Below the pieces are notes generated by a model. It was given only the letters and a program-made list of their open reading frames with translations, did no database searches and was not told where the DNA came from. A DNA stretch of 63,962 bases, counting the filler, from Candidatus Woesearchaeota archaeon (GTDB lineage: Archaea > Nanobdellota > Nanobdellia > Pacearchaeales > UBA284): the NCBI GenBank assembly GCA_964354405.1. It is 6 parts of 3 records of this genome, joined end to end, with 100 filler letters (N's around TTAATTAATTAA, not from the genome) between each part and the next. Parts side by side here need not be neighbours in the genome. Positions count along the whole stretch, not along the records: positions 62,488 to 63,962 come from CAYGZP010000029.1; 5 more parts are not named here. One strand, written 5' to 3'. Of this stretch, positions 63,867 to 63,962 are shown one piece after another. A program made the position numbers and the translations under genes. Each line of letters begins with the position of its first letter. Within the stretch, counting starts at the first letter, position 1.

Positions 63867-63962
63867 ATGCCCATCATCCTTCCATCGTCGCCCACGCAGC
63901 CCACTGTTGGTGAACTCATCAACGGCGCACTGCGGCTCATCGGGATGCTTGCTGAAGGCGAG
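63867..63962 (+). CDS. phage head-tail adaptor-like protein (P22 gp4-like), N-terminal fragment
   Basis: MPIILPSSPTQPTVGELINGALRLIGMLAEGE, preceded by AAGGA RBS. Confidence 0.55.
   Translation, partial: MPIILPSSPTQPTVGELINGALRLIGMLAEGE

Overview
Six unrelated contigs joined by 100-bp N/TTAATTAATTAA/N linkers (15634-15733, 20979-21078, 43515-43614, 57228-57327, 62388-62487), so gene adjacency holds only within a contig. Contigs 1-5 look like an AT-rich DPANN archaeon (Pacearchaeota/Woesearchaeota-like by inference from RadA, RPA, Sec61beta, class III pilins, BRE/TATA promoters and divergent archaeal rRNA). They carry HTH-MNT/HEPN toxin-antitoxin genes, large surface proteins including a subtilase, RNase P RNA, tRNA-Ser/His/Ala, minD, hisS, radA, topA, a type IV pilus locus with KaiC-like ATPases, gltX, a bacterial-type lspA, gyrA, an intein-containing gyrB, and a 16S-tRNA-Ala-23S operon whose 23S is interrupted by a group I intron. 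Contig 6 looks like a tailed-phage fragment. The most notable unexplained signals are: a ~29-bp covarying hairpin repeat clustered in the rRNA spacer and behind two protein genes; stacked TA units with 20-bp-period palindromic operators and a 32-bp duplication; the L1931 group I intron; changes in the 16S decoding region; a 308-bp identical module shared by two surface proteins; and two KaiC modules coupled to surface structures. All calls come from reading motifs by eye; no database search was run.
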